Positions 13,701-24,909 of a stretch of 64,000 nucleotides of DNA are shown here, piece after piece. The notes beneath the pieces were generated by a model. The model did not search any database. It had not been told where the DNA came from and saw only the letters and a list, made by a program, of their open reading frames with translations. Numbering within the stretch: the stretch's first letter is position 1; each line of letters opens with the position of its first letter. The stretch covers positions 22,816,001 through 22,880,000 of the forward strand of contig OZ024750.1 in assembly GCA_964016885.1 (NCBI GenBank). Direction: 5' to 3'. Position numbers and translations under genes: made by a program. The stretch is from Eledone cirrhosa (taxonomy: Eukaryota).

Positions 13701-16700
13701 CCATCACGGGCTTTGGTGTGCCCTGTGGTGACACCATCACGGGCTTTGGTGTGCCCTGTGGTGACACCATCACGGGCTTTGGTGTGCCTTGTGATGACAC
13801 CTTCACGGACTTTGGAGTGCCTTGTGATGACACCTTCACGGACTTTGGAGTGCCTTGTGGTGACACCTTCACGGACTTTGGAGTTTCCTGTGGTGACACC
13901 TTCACAGACTTTGGTGTGCCCTGTGGTGACACCTTCACAGACTTTGGTGTGCCCTGTGGTGACACCTTCACAGACTTTGGTGTGCCCTGTGGTGACACCT
14001 TCACAGACTTTGGAGTGCCCTTTGGAGACACCTTCATAGACTTTGGAGTGCCCTGTGGTGACAGTTTAGCAGACTTGGGTGTGCCCTTTGGCGACAGTTT
14101 AGCAGACTTGGGTGTGCCCTTTGGCGACAGTTTAGCAGACTTGGGTGTGCCCTTTGGCGACAGTTTAGCAGACTTGGGTGTGCCCTTTGGCGACAGTTTA
14201 GCAGACTTGGGTGTGCCCTTTGGCGACAGTTTAGCAGACTTGGGTGTGCCCTTTGGCGACAGTTTAGCAGACTTGGGTGTGCTCTTCGGCGACAGTTTAG
14301 CAGACTTGGGTGTGCCCTTGCACAACACAGGGCTATTAACTTCATGAAGAGTAGAATGGACTAAAGACTGTCTTTTCAATGCAGGTCGACTAGCTGGACT
14401 AACTTTATTGACAGGAGTGGCTCCTCTCCTTACAGGTGTGGCCGGTGGTAAATATCGATCAAATTGTTCTGGACTTAGTTGAGGCCCAAAGGAAACTCTT
14501 TTTCGTTTAGCACTTGGTATATTAATTGAATGTGGGGATTTTCTCTTCCGGTTTACACCAATTTTACAAATATCTGAAATCAAATCAAACAGAAATTGCA
14601 GATAAAAATGCAACTAGAGGGTATGAAAATATTAGCTGAAAAAAATAATTTTAAAGGGAAACAAATATTGCAAAAACATAATCTAATAATTAAAATAGAA
14701 AAATACAAGTCATTTAAATACAAAAATACAAGTCATTTCAAGCTTGGGTATTAATTACCATTTTGATACCAACACTGTCAAAACCAGCTCTGGTTCTATG
14801 AAACAAAACCCATTTTAAAAGGTTCCTGTTTAAATTAAAATTTTATATAAGAACCTACTCATGCAAACGTGGAAAAACGGACAAAAAATGATGAAATATG
14901 ATTAAATACGCCTGGTTTGATAGAGAGGTATGGAAATATCACCAGCAACATAGGTTTTACATTCACTTTTCCACGTTTGCATGGGTTGCACAAGACATTT
15001 TGAGGCAGCATTCTACAGCTGGAGGCACATACTGATGCCAACTCTTAATTTTTAAGTACAGTACTTATTCTACTGATCATCTATTATATTGCTAAGCTGC
15101 AGGACATAAACAAATGGCACTGGTTGTGTTTAAGTGGTGTCAGTGTAAAGACATATGTGGAGACACACAAACATATATATACACAAGCATTTATAAAGTC
15201 AGACAGGAGCATTAAGGTATTTATTACTCAATTTTAACCCCAGTACTTATTTGTTCAAGTGTGGTATTCCACTTATCAATCTCTGTTGGATTGATAAGTT
15301 GTGGGATATTATCAAACAATAAATGTAAACACAGACTAGAAGACATACATAAACACAGATATAAATATATACAATGGCCTACACAGTATGTCTACTAAAT
15401 TTCCAACAAGATATTGATCAACTCAAGGCTATTATAGTAGATGCTCGCACATATGTAAAAAAAAAAAAAAAAATTGAAGATAATATTAAAATAGGTAGGT
15501 ATACGAAGATCACATTACCTGAACTGATAGTCAATGAGTTTGGAGTTAGTCCAATTGACTTTCGAACTTTTGAACTGTTAGTTACTGGGGAAGACTTTTT
15601 ACTGGAGGGACTTGGTTGCTTAATTGGTGATTTACTGGAAGACCTCCTATTTTTATCTCCTGAACCTGTTTCCTGATTTTTACTTTCAGGCTGCAAACTT
15701 GGGTCTGTGAAACTATTGAGGCTTTTCCTTTTACTTTTAGAAACTTTACTATCAGCACCTATAAGTGGAAACTTTGGAGGTGTCTTGCTACCTTCAGAAA
15801 CTTCATTCCTTCTAGGTGGAGACCTCTTCTGTACATCTTTATCACTTAATTTTGAACTGCCAGCTTGAGCTTTATTTTTCCCAGATATTTGTTTCAAAGG
15901 TTCTTCGGAACTTTTAGAAGAAATCACGGAGTTCATAGAGCTTCTCCACACACTTTTAGCAAGAACTGATGTTGAAGAACGGCTCTTCCTTGCAGATACT
16001 GCAGGGGAAGCAGAGACATTCTTCACTTTCTGTGATGATTCAAATGTATCCAAAGATCGATGTTTCTTCTGCTTCTGTTTCTCTGAGGAAATGGTTCGTT
16101 CAAGTTTTGCTGATTTCGGAGTCGATGAACGACTTCTCCGCTGATGGTTCACAGGAGAGGTATCTTGCAGTTTTGCCGAAACAACCTTTTGACTTGTTCC
16201 TGCAGAACTTAATTCACTCAATGGTGTTCTTACAGGAGAAACTGACTCGTTTCTTGCCTCTGATGAAGATGCTCCTCCTTCCATTTGGCTACTTTTTCTT
16301 CTTGACTTGGAATCAGATTTCCCATCAAGAGATTTAGCTAAAAAGGAATAAAATCAAATCAAATAAAGAATATCATAAAATATTTCAAGTCTTTATTTTA
16401 TAAAGGTAAAAACTAAACTATTATGCCTTAAACTTAACTCTTAACATTTTGTACAGCATGGAACCACATTAGAAATTAAAGTATTTACTTGAATATTGCA
16501 AATTTTCAATGATCTGTCCACTCACAAAGATATCATCATCATTGTTTAATGTCTATCTTCCACGCTAGCATGGATTAGACGGGAATTTGTCCCACTTGAG
16601 GTAAGATTGGTTGGGTGACCGTGTCACGCTCGAATAGGACTATCTGGCAGGTTTTCTACGGTTGGATACCCTTCCTAACACCAACCATATTTACAGTGTG

Positions 16701-19700
16701 GACTGGGAGCTTTGTACCATGTTACCTACACAACCACATTACAGCGGGGACTGTGTTTGTCCCCCCCCCCCTTCTTTTTCTCTCTCTTTCCCTTTGTCAT
16801 GACACCTACACGACCTTGTAGTGACCTACATTCCGCGGGCTCACATACATTCTCTGTGCGTGATTTGGCTCAGTTCAGCCAATCAGCGCCAGTAGAAGAG
16901 GATGTATCCCTACGCGCCCTGAGGAAGAAATTCCCCGCGAAGATTTGAAGAATCTCGCTCTTGTACCAGAAACTTCGAGCCAGCAACACGCATAATGTAG
17001 CAGTGAGATATTGCACCCCTAGCCTCGCCGGCTTAACGGCGCATTGGCACATTCCCTTTTGTAACCTCTTTTTATCTGTAACTTCAACCATATAAATAAA
17101 CAAACATTTCATCTCTAATTACTGTGGTTGAAGTCGTTATGTTACTCGTGTCTCAATGACATCTTTAATCCATGCTGCTGGAATTGGCAACCTGACGAAA
17201 GGAATATTGTAAATAGATGGTAAATAGATCGAGGGACCTTCCCTCACGTCTATGTCAACAAGATAATCCAACGAGGATACTATCACTTACCACACTGGCA
17301 ACTAACGACCACTGATTCTACCACCCCGCTAAAGTGGCGATAACATCTATAACTAATACTGCTAAAACCTCATTAGTTTGGACTGGATGTTGTAGTATCA
17401 ACATAACTTTATAGAGAAAGGATGGAGTAGGGGCCTACTGACTGTAGGTTAACTTTGCACGAAGGGAACACGGGGGACTCTGTCAAAGGCTTTCTCCAAG
17501 TCAACAAAAGCTAAGTAGAGGAGTTTACTTTTAGCTAGGTACTTCTCCAGTAGTTGTCGTACAAGGAAAAGAGCATCTGTGGCATTTTTACCTGACACAA
17601 ACCCATACTGCATTTCATCTAGATCAATTCTATCTCTGATTAGTGTTATAACTCTTTCTGTGACCTTCATGACCTGGTCAACTAACTTAATGCCTCTATA
17701 GTTTCCCCTATCTAGAGCATCTCCTTTACCCTTGTAGCAGTTAATGATGCTGCTGCTACGCCAGTCATTTGGTATGACCCCATTCTGTATTACTTGGTTT
17801 ACTATCCGGATGACCATAGTATGTCCAACCATTTCAGATGCCTTCAACATCTCAGCAACTATCTCCGAAGGCCTAGCTGCCTTGCCTGTCTTCATATCTT
17901 TGATTGCCTTACTTATTATACTACCTTTAACTTGCACCGCTGGTCCTCCTATTGGATCGATTTGGGGCAGACTATCTTTTACCCATTTATTAGTCTCTTG
18001 CAGTGACACTTCCAAGCTACATTCTTATCAGCATCCGTGAGGGTAAGTACACCATCATCATTACGGACACATTTCACCCCGACAATATTACGGTTTTCCT
18101 TGACACATTGTCTTGCGATCCTGAACACCTCACATAGTACATGCTTGAACTTTCTATCCTCTGTTTCCCTTCTTGCAAGGTACACTTGTCTCCTAGTCAT
18201 TTGATAGTGTTCTCTACTTCCCCCATCCCGCCATACTTTCCAAGCCTGCTTTTTGGCCTTGATTGTCTCCTTCACTGTACTGTTCCACCACCAAGTTACT
18301 CTCCTCCTGCCTATAGGTCTGCTCCAGCAACAGATTTCATCTTCAACAGATTTCAGCAGGTTAACTTTCAAGAATTCCCACTGTTCCTCTATATTGTACG
18401 TCTCTTATTGCTCTTCCTTACTGTCAAAAGCATCAAATAATAAGCTTTTGAATTTGTCACTGGCTGTGAGGTTCTTCAACTTCCATATTCTTCTCCTCAA
18501 AGTAGTCCTCCTGTCATCAAGTAAGTCTAGTCCTGATCATGAGGTTACTAACTATTAGGCTATGTTGAGAGGTGCATTTTTCACGGGGGAGGTACTTAGT
18601 GTTTACAACAAACACTCTGTCACGTCTTCTAGTAAGGATATAATCTATCTGGCTGGCGTGTTCCCCTGATCTATAAACATTTTAATTAACAAACTCGTTT
18701 TTAGATATTTTCTGCTAAATCAATACAGGTTAAGAGTTAAAACCTAAGAGAAACCCATAAAACTTACATCTTCTGCCTTGTTTTAACAATTGCGGCACAT
18801 CATCCTGAGGTTTGTGGGAAGATGGTGGCTTAACCTAAAATCACAAAATATATAAAATGTAAAACATTTTGAGAAAAAGTAAAAACAACAAGAAATAAAT
18901 AGCTTTCATTTAAAATCTCTTATTTATGAAGAACAGTATCCCAAGATCAGACTTCACTGCTTCTACTTACATCTATTTACCACATGAGTTTTTCATTCAG
19001 TCCACACATTTATATTAGTGCAGTCATTTCTCTTACAAACATCAGCTATTTACACCAGTGCAGTTATCATGCCAATATACATCATCCTATTTCACGCCAT
19101 TTATACTAGTGCAGTCTCCACCTTTCATTACATCAGCTGATACTTTTAATACCCAGCCATTCTGTGTCTTTCTTCATACAAGAGGCTCATCAAGTTGGAG
19201 CTTACCTTAGTCTCACGCAGTGCTTTCAACAATGAAAATGAGTAGTGAAAACCTTTGTTAACATCAGCAGCAGTTTCCCTGACATCTTCCTTACACTAAC
19301 AACTCTATTATCACTACATATAATTCCAGCATTACTCAGAGAAGTTAATAGAACTCATTTGTACACACATTCTTACTACTAACTATTGCAGTATATCTAT
19401 CATATCTGAAGTCCTAAATATACAAAGACAGGATGGTTATGCCACGGTATGCCTTTGATCACAGGTCTGCTCACAAGATCAGGACTGGCCTGCAGTTAAA
19501 CAACTTCAAAAAAATTTCTTTCATGTAACTTTTAATAAGATTTTTCAGTTTCCTGATTATGTAGTTTGTGGAGTGACCTTCACTCAGTAAAACCAAGTGA
19601 CATAAACATTTGGCAGACACATATATATTTATACAAACCTTTGGAGAGATGATCTTAATTTCTTTCTGTGGTGTCTTCTTGGCAGGTGTCTGTTTCTGAT

Positions 19701-22700
19701 TCTCCAAAACCTCAAACCGGAATGAACGATCATCAATAGTAAATACGTCTTGGTGATTCAAAGAATGAACTTCAATACTTTTACCATTAACTTTCGTTCT
19801 AGTTTCATATGAAAGATTTGTAAGCACCACCTATAATGGAATTGAAGAGACATTATGACAAACTAAAAACATAACATGACTCCTCATACTTTTATGTCAT
19901 TTTCCCCAGCTGGCATGGCTGGATGGGATGTCACAGTCTGAGGACCACATCTTGCTCATACGGTCTATTTTTTATATGGTTTCTATGGCTGAATGCCCTA
20001 CCTAACTCCAACTACTTTACAAAAAGTGTACTAGGTGTATTTTATCTCAGCACCAACACTATCACTTTATAGTGTTTGGATACATTTTACCATAGCACCA
20101 ACACCAATGTCACCATCATCATTTAACATTCATTTACCCTGATAGCAAGGGTGGGACAGGCTGTCACAGATCAAATCAGTCCTCATGCAGAGCTTCTGAC
20201 TTCACAGAGGGGCCAAACGTCCCACACTCTACCAAGTTTATTTTATTGTGGCACTAGCACTATGGAGGTTGTCATGTCTTTAACAACTGGATGTCCTTCC
20301 AATCACAAACCACTTTACATAGTGTAATGGGCATGTTTATTGTGTAAGGTGAATCAGCCATACTAAAGAAGTTGTCATGTTTTTCACACAACTGAAGAAT
20401 TCTCACTAATGTACTTTTCAAAATTAAATAACAAAAGCAAGTATGTTAATTATATGTTATAAAGTTTATCTAAATTTTAACCATTAACAACTCACCTTTC
20501 CATTATTGTCAAGAGAAAGTTGACAATGTTCTGGGGCTACTTTAGGAAGTTGGATTCTTATGTCACATTTGGTACTTCTGGAATAGAAAATGGTTAGAAT
20601 TCTAATAAGTAAAAATTAAACTATACACTGGAAGGCAATAACTGTACATTACATTACATTATGGCTAACCCTTGCTACCATATTTCTAATGAAAGACATT
20701 TTTTCGGATTTTCAAATAAATTTGAAAATAGGAATCTGGAAAAATTTAGTAATATAACTAACTTTGTCATTATTAATTTGGGGTCTGGAACATAAAGGTG
20801 CTTACATAAAATCCTGATGGAAGGTTTTTAGATAAATATAAACTCTTTAAAAAAGCTTTGTAGCATAGTACCAGGAGCAATTTCAGCTGGTTTGGTATGA
20901 AAAGGGTTAAACCACACCCAAACAGAAGAACTCACTATACGGTTTATCTTAGGATTCCAGTGAGATAAACACAAAAACTGTGACAATATATATAGAATAG
21001 TTCTATTTAACTCTTAGCATTCTGTAATGATTTAGCAGAAAACATCTAAAAAAGAATCTGTAAATTCAAATATTTATAGTATTTTTACTAGATTGTGAAA
21101 AATTGTAGTATTAGAGCAATGCCATAAATATTTAACCCTTTAGCTATTACTTTACTATTATATTTTCACGGTAAAGGCTTTACCTCACATAATTATCTCA
21201 GATAATATTGACTATGAGATTTTGAGAACAATACCTTAATATCAGTATGAGTGGCTGGTTACAACCAGTTTGAAGAGAAAGAGGTCAGAGAATTTTGGAT
21301 GGATACAGCCGGTTTAAATGCTAAAGGGCTAAACCAACCCTTTTTATTGCCTCTTTTGATACCAAATCACCCGAAACTCTCCTTGGTTCTATGATATAAA
21401 GCACTTTGCTTCAAAGTGTTTATATTTATCTAAAAACCTTTCATCATAATTTTATGTAAGAACCTTTATTATGTTATGTGTTCCACCATAACGCGAAAGT
21501 TAGTTACACTAAATTCCTCCAAAATCATAGGCAGAGTCTCATTTAAAAGAGCTAACACTGTGGTATAGTGGTTAAGGTGCTGAATTCACAATCATTTCAC
21601 ATTTTCCATGATAGGGCTAGGGTCCTTACCATTAAAACACTAGAGAAGTCTACATTATAGAAGGCCAGCTAAACCTGCACAGGTGTGAACTGTAAATTTC
21701 ACTTTTTTTCTTTTTCATTTTTACTCCACTGTAGTGTAGATATGGTATAATTCTATTTTACAGGCAAAGCCAATTGGCAGGAGACCCAGAGGTAGATCAG
21801 GAGCAAGATGGTTGAATAACATCCACAAACTCAGTTGGTCTCTCTTGAAGAATGGTAGCTTCAGATAGGGCCCTTCGGACTGCTCACATGACCATCTCAA
21901 GAATAAGTGAGCAAAGAAGAACTCTTTCACAATAGTATAGATATGATGTACATATTTTCATAAATCTTCACCATGCCCAAAGAAAAGTTCTGATTTATCA
22001 ATAAATGACAATTAACAATGGAGGATTAATTAAGGGATTATCTCTAATGGTGGGTAGATTGTATAATGTTTGTGCCTGAAATATATTATTTTAAGGGTTA
22101 GAATCTCATATTGGGTGGTAGTTAGACATAACCTATTGTCTGGTTTAATACCAAGTGGTACTTGGGTGTTGACCCCCACTGTATTACAAGCATATAGTCC
22201 AGATCTCTGGTTTGTTTGAACATACCTTCCTCCCTCTTACCAGTATCAGAGGGCATGAAAAATAAAGGGTCATCAGTGCTGCTCATTTGATTAAGCAATT
22301 AAAATAGAAATCACATATGAATATGTCTCAATTTATACAATAAATCAGTCACTGATGGGAGTGGGTACCTTGTGTCATAAGACTGGGTTTATCAATACTG
22401 CTAAGAAACCCCAGATACAACTTGCATTGGTATGAGCAGTAAATTTCATCTGACACAGATTTAACTGATTTTAAAACTCAAAATAATATTACAAGCTACA
22501 TGTAGGCAGATTACATCAAATTTAAAATAACCTGTAATTAACCCTTTTAATACCAAACTGCCAGAAATCACCCCCAAGTTTGCAGTACTAAGCTGTGTTT
22601 TAAAATGTCTATATTTATCTAAAAACCTTTCATCATAATTTTATGTAAGACCATCATTGTTTAACAACATCCATTTTCTACACTAGTATGGGTTAGATTG

Positions 22701-23718
22701 GTTGTCACGCTATGAGACAAGCAGGTGAGGAGACCATGTCTTGCTCATACGGATGTACTTTGAATTCGTTTCAATGACTGGATGCCTTTCCTAATACCAA
22801 CAATATTAGTGTAGTCTGGAACCTTTTTACCATGGCACCAAAATGACCATCTAACAGGGTAGACTGGGCACTTTTTTGTCACCAGCATAATACCCTTACT
22901 GGATATACTGAGTGCTTTTTTTCCATAGATTACTATATCTCATCAAATTCTTGATTATTTTCAAAATTATAGGTAAAAAAGGGATTGAATTGTATTTTTC
23001 CCATAATCATGGCAACACAACCACTGAATTTGACAGACAGGTTAACAAATGGTGTTTCAAATCTTATGAAAGGTGCTGTCATACCTTGAAAAATAGCTAC
23101 TGTAACCACCCAATAGAGGCAGCTTTAGCTGAATAGTTAAGAAATCTGCTTCGCAACCAAGAAGTTCCAGGTTGACTCAAGCCTGTACATGAAATTGGGT
23201 AAACGGAAACTGTGTGGAAGCTCACTGAATGGATTGTACCTGTAATTCAAAGGTCCAGCCGTGTAATGTTATGCTGATTCTGTCAGAATTACATTAATAA
23301 TATATGTCTGTGGAATAATCAACCATTTACATATGAATTTAATGAGTTGAGCATTCAGTTGATGAGACAAAAGCTAGCCCTGCTTATTGTCAATGGAACC
23401 GTGATAAGTTCTGGGCTAATAAGCCTCAAGGTTCTAAAGAATGTGCAATTTGTTTACAGGTGAAAGGATGATGCCAAAATATAAACACATATATATGGCA
23501 TTATGAAGTTTCTAATATTCTTAAATTATTGCCTGCAGGCTCCACTTTATGGATATGACAATTTAGCTCTGTGAAAAAATAAAAATGAAAATTGAAATTT
23601 ACACTTTAAACCCATGCAGATTTACTCACCTTCCTAAAAGATAAAATTTATTTTCCAGGGGAAACTGTGCCCCATCTTTTCCATCACGTTTGATGACAAT
23701 GATATTTCCATAATGCAT
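4509..23718 (-). CDS. MKI67: Ki-67 (MKI67)-like protein, 12 coding exons, ~2066 aa
   Basis: join(-): 23630-23718, 20496-20577, 19639-19830, 18768-18834, 15519-16337, 12868-14573, 11111-11233, 8212-10851, 7216-7295, 6406-6468, 5845-5894, 4509-4798. Total 6201 nt, all GT-AG with matching phases. FHA (IVIKRDGKDGAQFPL...LLGRSTKCDIRIQLP...VFTIDDRSFRFE), PP1 site KRKRVSFGPQLSPEQFDRYLPPATPVRRGATP, LWSQIVKQG and STGHINSPATILVGK all parallel vertebrate Ki-67 blocks in the same order. Confidence 0.88.
4940..5062 (+). mobile_element. RTE LINE extreme 3' fragment (same family as the 24.9-28 kb element)
   Basis: TWAEVVRADLRSLKL coding remnant followed by cttgcaagcagggaaaagcggacgtaaa(atg)n tail. Confidence 0.75.
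5271..5400. mobile_element. piggyBac-type MITE, second family
   Basis: ttaaccctttt...gagagggttaa termini. Confidence 0.55.
5845..5894 (-). CDS. MKI67: MKI67-like coding exon 11
   Basis: VVEDLAVDDVKDSEET; cag acceptor, gtatgt donor; phase 2 to 1. Confidence 0.72.
6039..6328. mobile_element. piggyBac-type MITE(s), composite of the two families
   Basis: ttaaccctttagcatttaaacc start and atatggtgatgaaagggttaa end. Confidence 0.55.
6406..6468 (-). CDS. MKI67: MKI67-like coding exon 10
   Basis: RTTRKRTAPKTARIQKTRQA; tag acceptor, gtatg donor; phase 2/2. Confidence 0.72.
7216..7295 (-). CDS. MKI67: MKI67-like coding exon 9
   Basis: ASPAKPGKALEKISENVDTISEESPK; cag acceptor, gtaat donor; phase 0 to 2. 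Confidence 0.72.
8212..10851 (-). CDS. MKI67: MKI67-like coding exon 8 (Ki-67-motif-like repeats plus SPKK repeats)
   Basis: Within ORF 8128..10908; cag acceptor at 10852-10854, GTG|gtaagt donor; 880 codons. Confidence 0.88.
9160..9990 (-). repeat. Coding 33-bp tandem array (KKATPSPKVSP-type, roughly 25 units)
   Basis: Unit ggtgacactttgggcgaaggggtggcttttttc repeated, with blocks of variants. Confidence 0.95.
11111..11233 (-). CDS. MKI67: MKI67-like coding exon 7 (conserved STGHINSPATILVGK block)
   Basis: 123 nt, phase 0/0, cag acceptor and gtaag donor. Confidence 0.87.
11620..11826. mobile_element. piggyBac-type MITE
   Basis: ttaaccctttcgcatttac...tgctaaagggttaa. Confidence 0.7.
12172..12322 (+). 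mobile_element. tRNA-derived SINE (partial)
   Basis: A-box-like tggcagtattgctag and B-box-like gagttcaaatcc; near-identical copies at 35.4, 56.3 and 56.7 kb. Confidence 0.65.
12584..12730. mobile_element. piggyBac-type MITE
   Basis: ttaacccattagcattt...aaatgctaaagggttaa. Confidence 0.7.
12868..14573 (-). CDS. MKI67: MKI67-like coding exon 6 (PP1-binding domain plus SPKGTPKSAKL repeats)
   Basis: Within ORF 12853..14613; RVSF at 14488-14499; cag acceptor, gtatgt donor. Confidence 0.9.
13160..14320 (-). repeat. Coding 33-bp tandem array (SPKGTPKSAKL/V-type, roughly 35 units)
   Basis: Unit gtgcccttcggggacaccttcgcggactttggt repeated, with blocks of variants. Confidence 0.95.
15519..16337 (-). 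CDS. MKI67: MKI67-like coding exon 5 (Ser/Lys-rich disordered region)
   Basis: Overlaps ORF 15418..16284; tag acceptor, gtaat donor, phase 1/1. Confidence 0.82.
16795..17345. mobile_element. Possible solo-LTR-like insertion
   Basis: CpG-rich ~550 bp block bounded by TGTCAT...ATAACA with an internal AATAAA near 17095; no target-site duplication seen. Confidence 0.3.
17465..18675 (-). mobile_element. RTE-clade LINE internal fragment (endonuclease end to RT N-terminus), degraded
   Basis: ORFs 17449..18015 and 17979..18371 parallel the 879-aa ORF (YKGKGDALDRGNYRGIKL, AFVDLEKAFDRVPR); frameshifts. Confidence 0.9.
18768..18834 (-). CDS. MKI67: MKI67-like coding exon 4
   Basis: VKPPSSHKPQDDVPQLLKQGRR; supplies the phase 0 to 1 change needed for the next exon; gtaag donor. 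Confidence 0.75.
19639..19830 (-). CDS. MKI67: MKI67-like coding exon 3 (FHA end)
   Basis: VVLTNLSYETRTKVNG...DVFTIDDRSFRFE; tag acceptor, gtttgt donor. Confidence 0.87.
20496..20577 (-). CDS. MKI67: MKI67-like coding exon 2 (FHA, RSTKCDIRIQLPKVAPEHCQLSLDNNGK)
   Basis: cag acceptor, gtgag donor, phase 2 to 0. Confidence 0.88.
21132..21332. mobile_element. piggyBac-type MITE
   Basis: ttaaccctttagc...aatgctaaagggctaa. Confidence 0.65.
21755..21922 (+). mobile_element. RTE family-2 3' fragment
   Basis: GRRPRGRSGARWLNNI-like remnant and aagaataagtg end shared with the 29.0, 51.6 and 53.1 kb copies. Confidence 0.55.
23630..23718 (-). CDS. MKI67: MKI67-like coding exon 1 (FHA start, MHYGNIIVIKRDGKDGAQFPLENKFYLLG)
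   Basis: ATG at 23718, donor AG|gtgagt; an acceptor just upstream implies a 5' UTR intron. Confidence 0.88.
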
Positions 23719-24299
23719 GGTTCCATAAGCTGAAACTGAAACAAATTGGCATTAGATATTTTAATTTCATATCTCCTAATTCATACAAAGCTGCAGTTAA
23801 CTGTGTGGGTCACACAACAAGCTGTTCCATTTTGCCCTATCATTTACATCCTCAATTACAAACCCCATACATTTCCTCCCCCATCATAATTCATAAAAAT
23901 ATGAACAAATTACTGCTGTGTTAAGTGTTTTATTTCAATGCTTTAATAAAACTACCCGTCAAAAATTTGTTTATATACCAGTTTACTTAGAGCCTTTAGT
24001 AATAGTGGGAACTACTCTAGCTAATCCTTTTTCTGTTCACAAAGATATAGAGACATATTCAAAATGCAAATAGGCTTCATAAATATTCTGAAAAGTAATT
24101 TAACAAGCCAATAAAAGAGTCATCATCACTGTTTTGCATCTATTTTCCATGCTTGCAAGAGATGGGTTGCCACATCCTGATGCTAGACAGACAGGTCACA
24201 TGATTGCGTCTTGCACATTCATTCTATTTTAGCATCGTTTCTACAGCTTGATACCCCTCCTATCACCAACCCCTTCACAGTATGTATTGGGTTGGTTTT

Positions 24300-24530
24300 C
24301 TCATGGTACCAGCAGAACCATATTACAGTAGGGACAGGGTGCATTTTACTGTGTCACCAGCACTACCATTAACAATGTGGGTTAGGAGTATTTTATTGTG
24401 ATAACAGCACTGCCATTTTACAGTATGGACAGGGTGCACTTTACTGTGTCACCAGCACTACCATTTTACAATGTGGGTTAGGAGTATTTTATTGTGGTAA
24501 CAACACTACCGTTTTACAGAGGTGCACTTT
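24300..24530. repeat. Short tandem array (~47-bp units, alternating variants)
   Basis: Repeated tgtgtcaccagcactaccatt...acaatgtgggttaggagtattttattgtg. Confidence 0.7.
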
Positions 24531-24909
24531 ATCAAGATTATTCATGTGTACCATGTCCTGCTCAGATATGTTCCATTTTGACATGGCTTCTATGGCTAAA
24601 TATCTGTCCTAAGACAAACCATTTTAAGAATATACTGGCTGCTTCTATTGTGATACCTGCACTAGAGATGTCTCTCACACATCTCTAGTGAGAAAGAGAA
24701 CCAGCCTAAAACATTGAAAAACATCACTGGAAAAGTTGGAAAGGAACTGTCAGTTCAAAATATATTGCTTTTTATACATTGCAAGTAGGGAAAAGCGGAC
24801 GTAAAATGATGATGATGACATGCTGTCTGTGTGTAATTCCAGTTTCTCAACTATTTGTTTTCACAAATATTTAAATACATATAAAAACACGTTTACACAC
24901 ACACACACC

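Noticed and set aside
9160-14320. 33-bp periodic arrays as CRISPR arrays
   Set aside because: Head-to-tail repeats without unique spacers, in frame in a eukaryotic exon, with no cas genes.
13130-14347. 405-aa and 301-aa plus-strand ORFs, and alternate-frame minus ORFs
   Set aside because: Shadows of the second coding repeat array.
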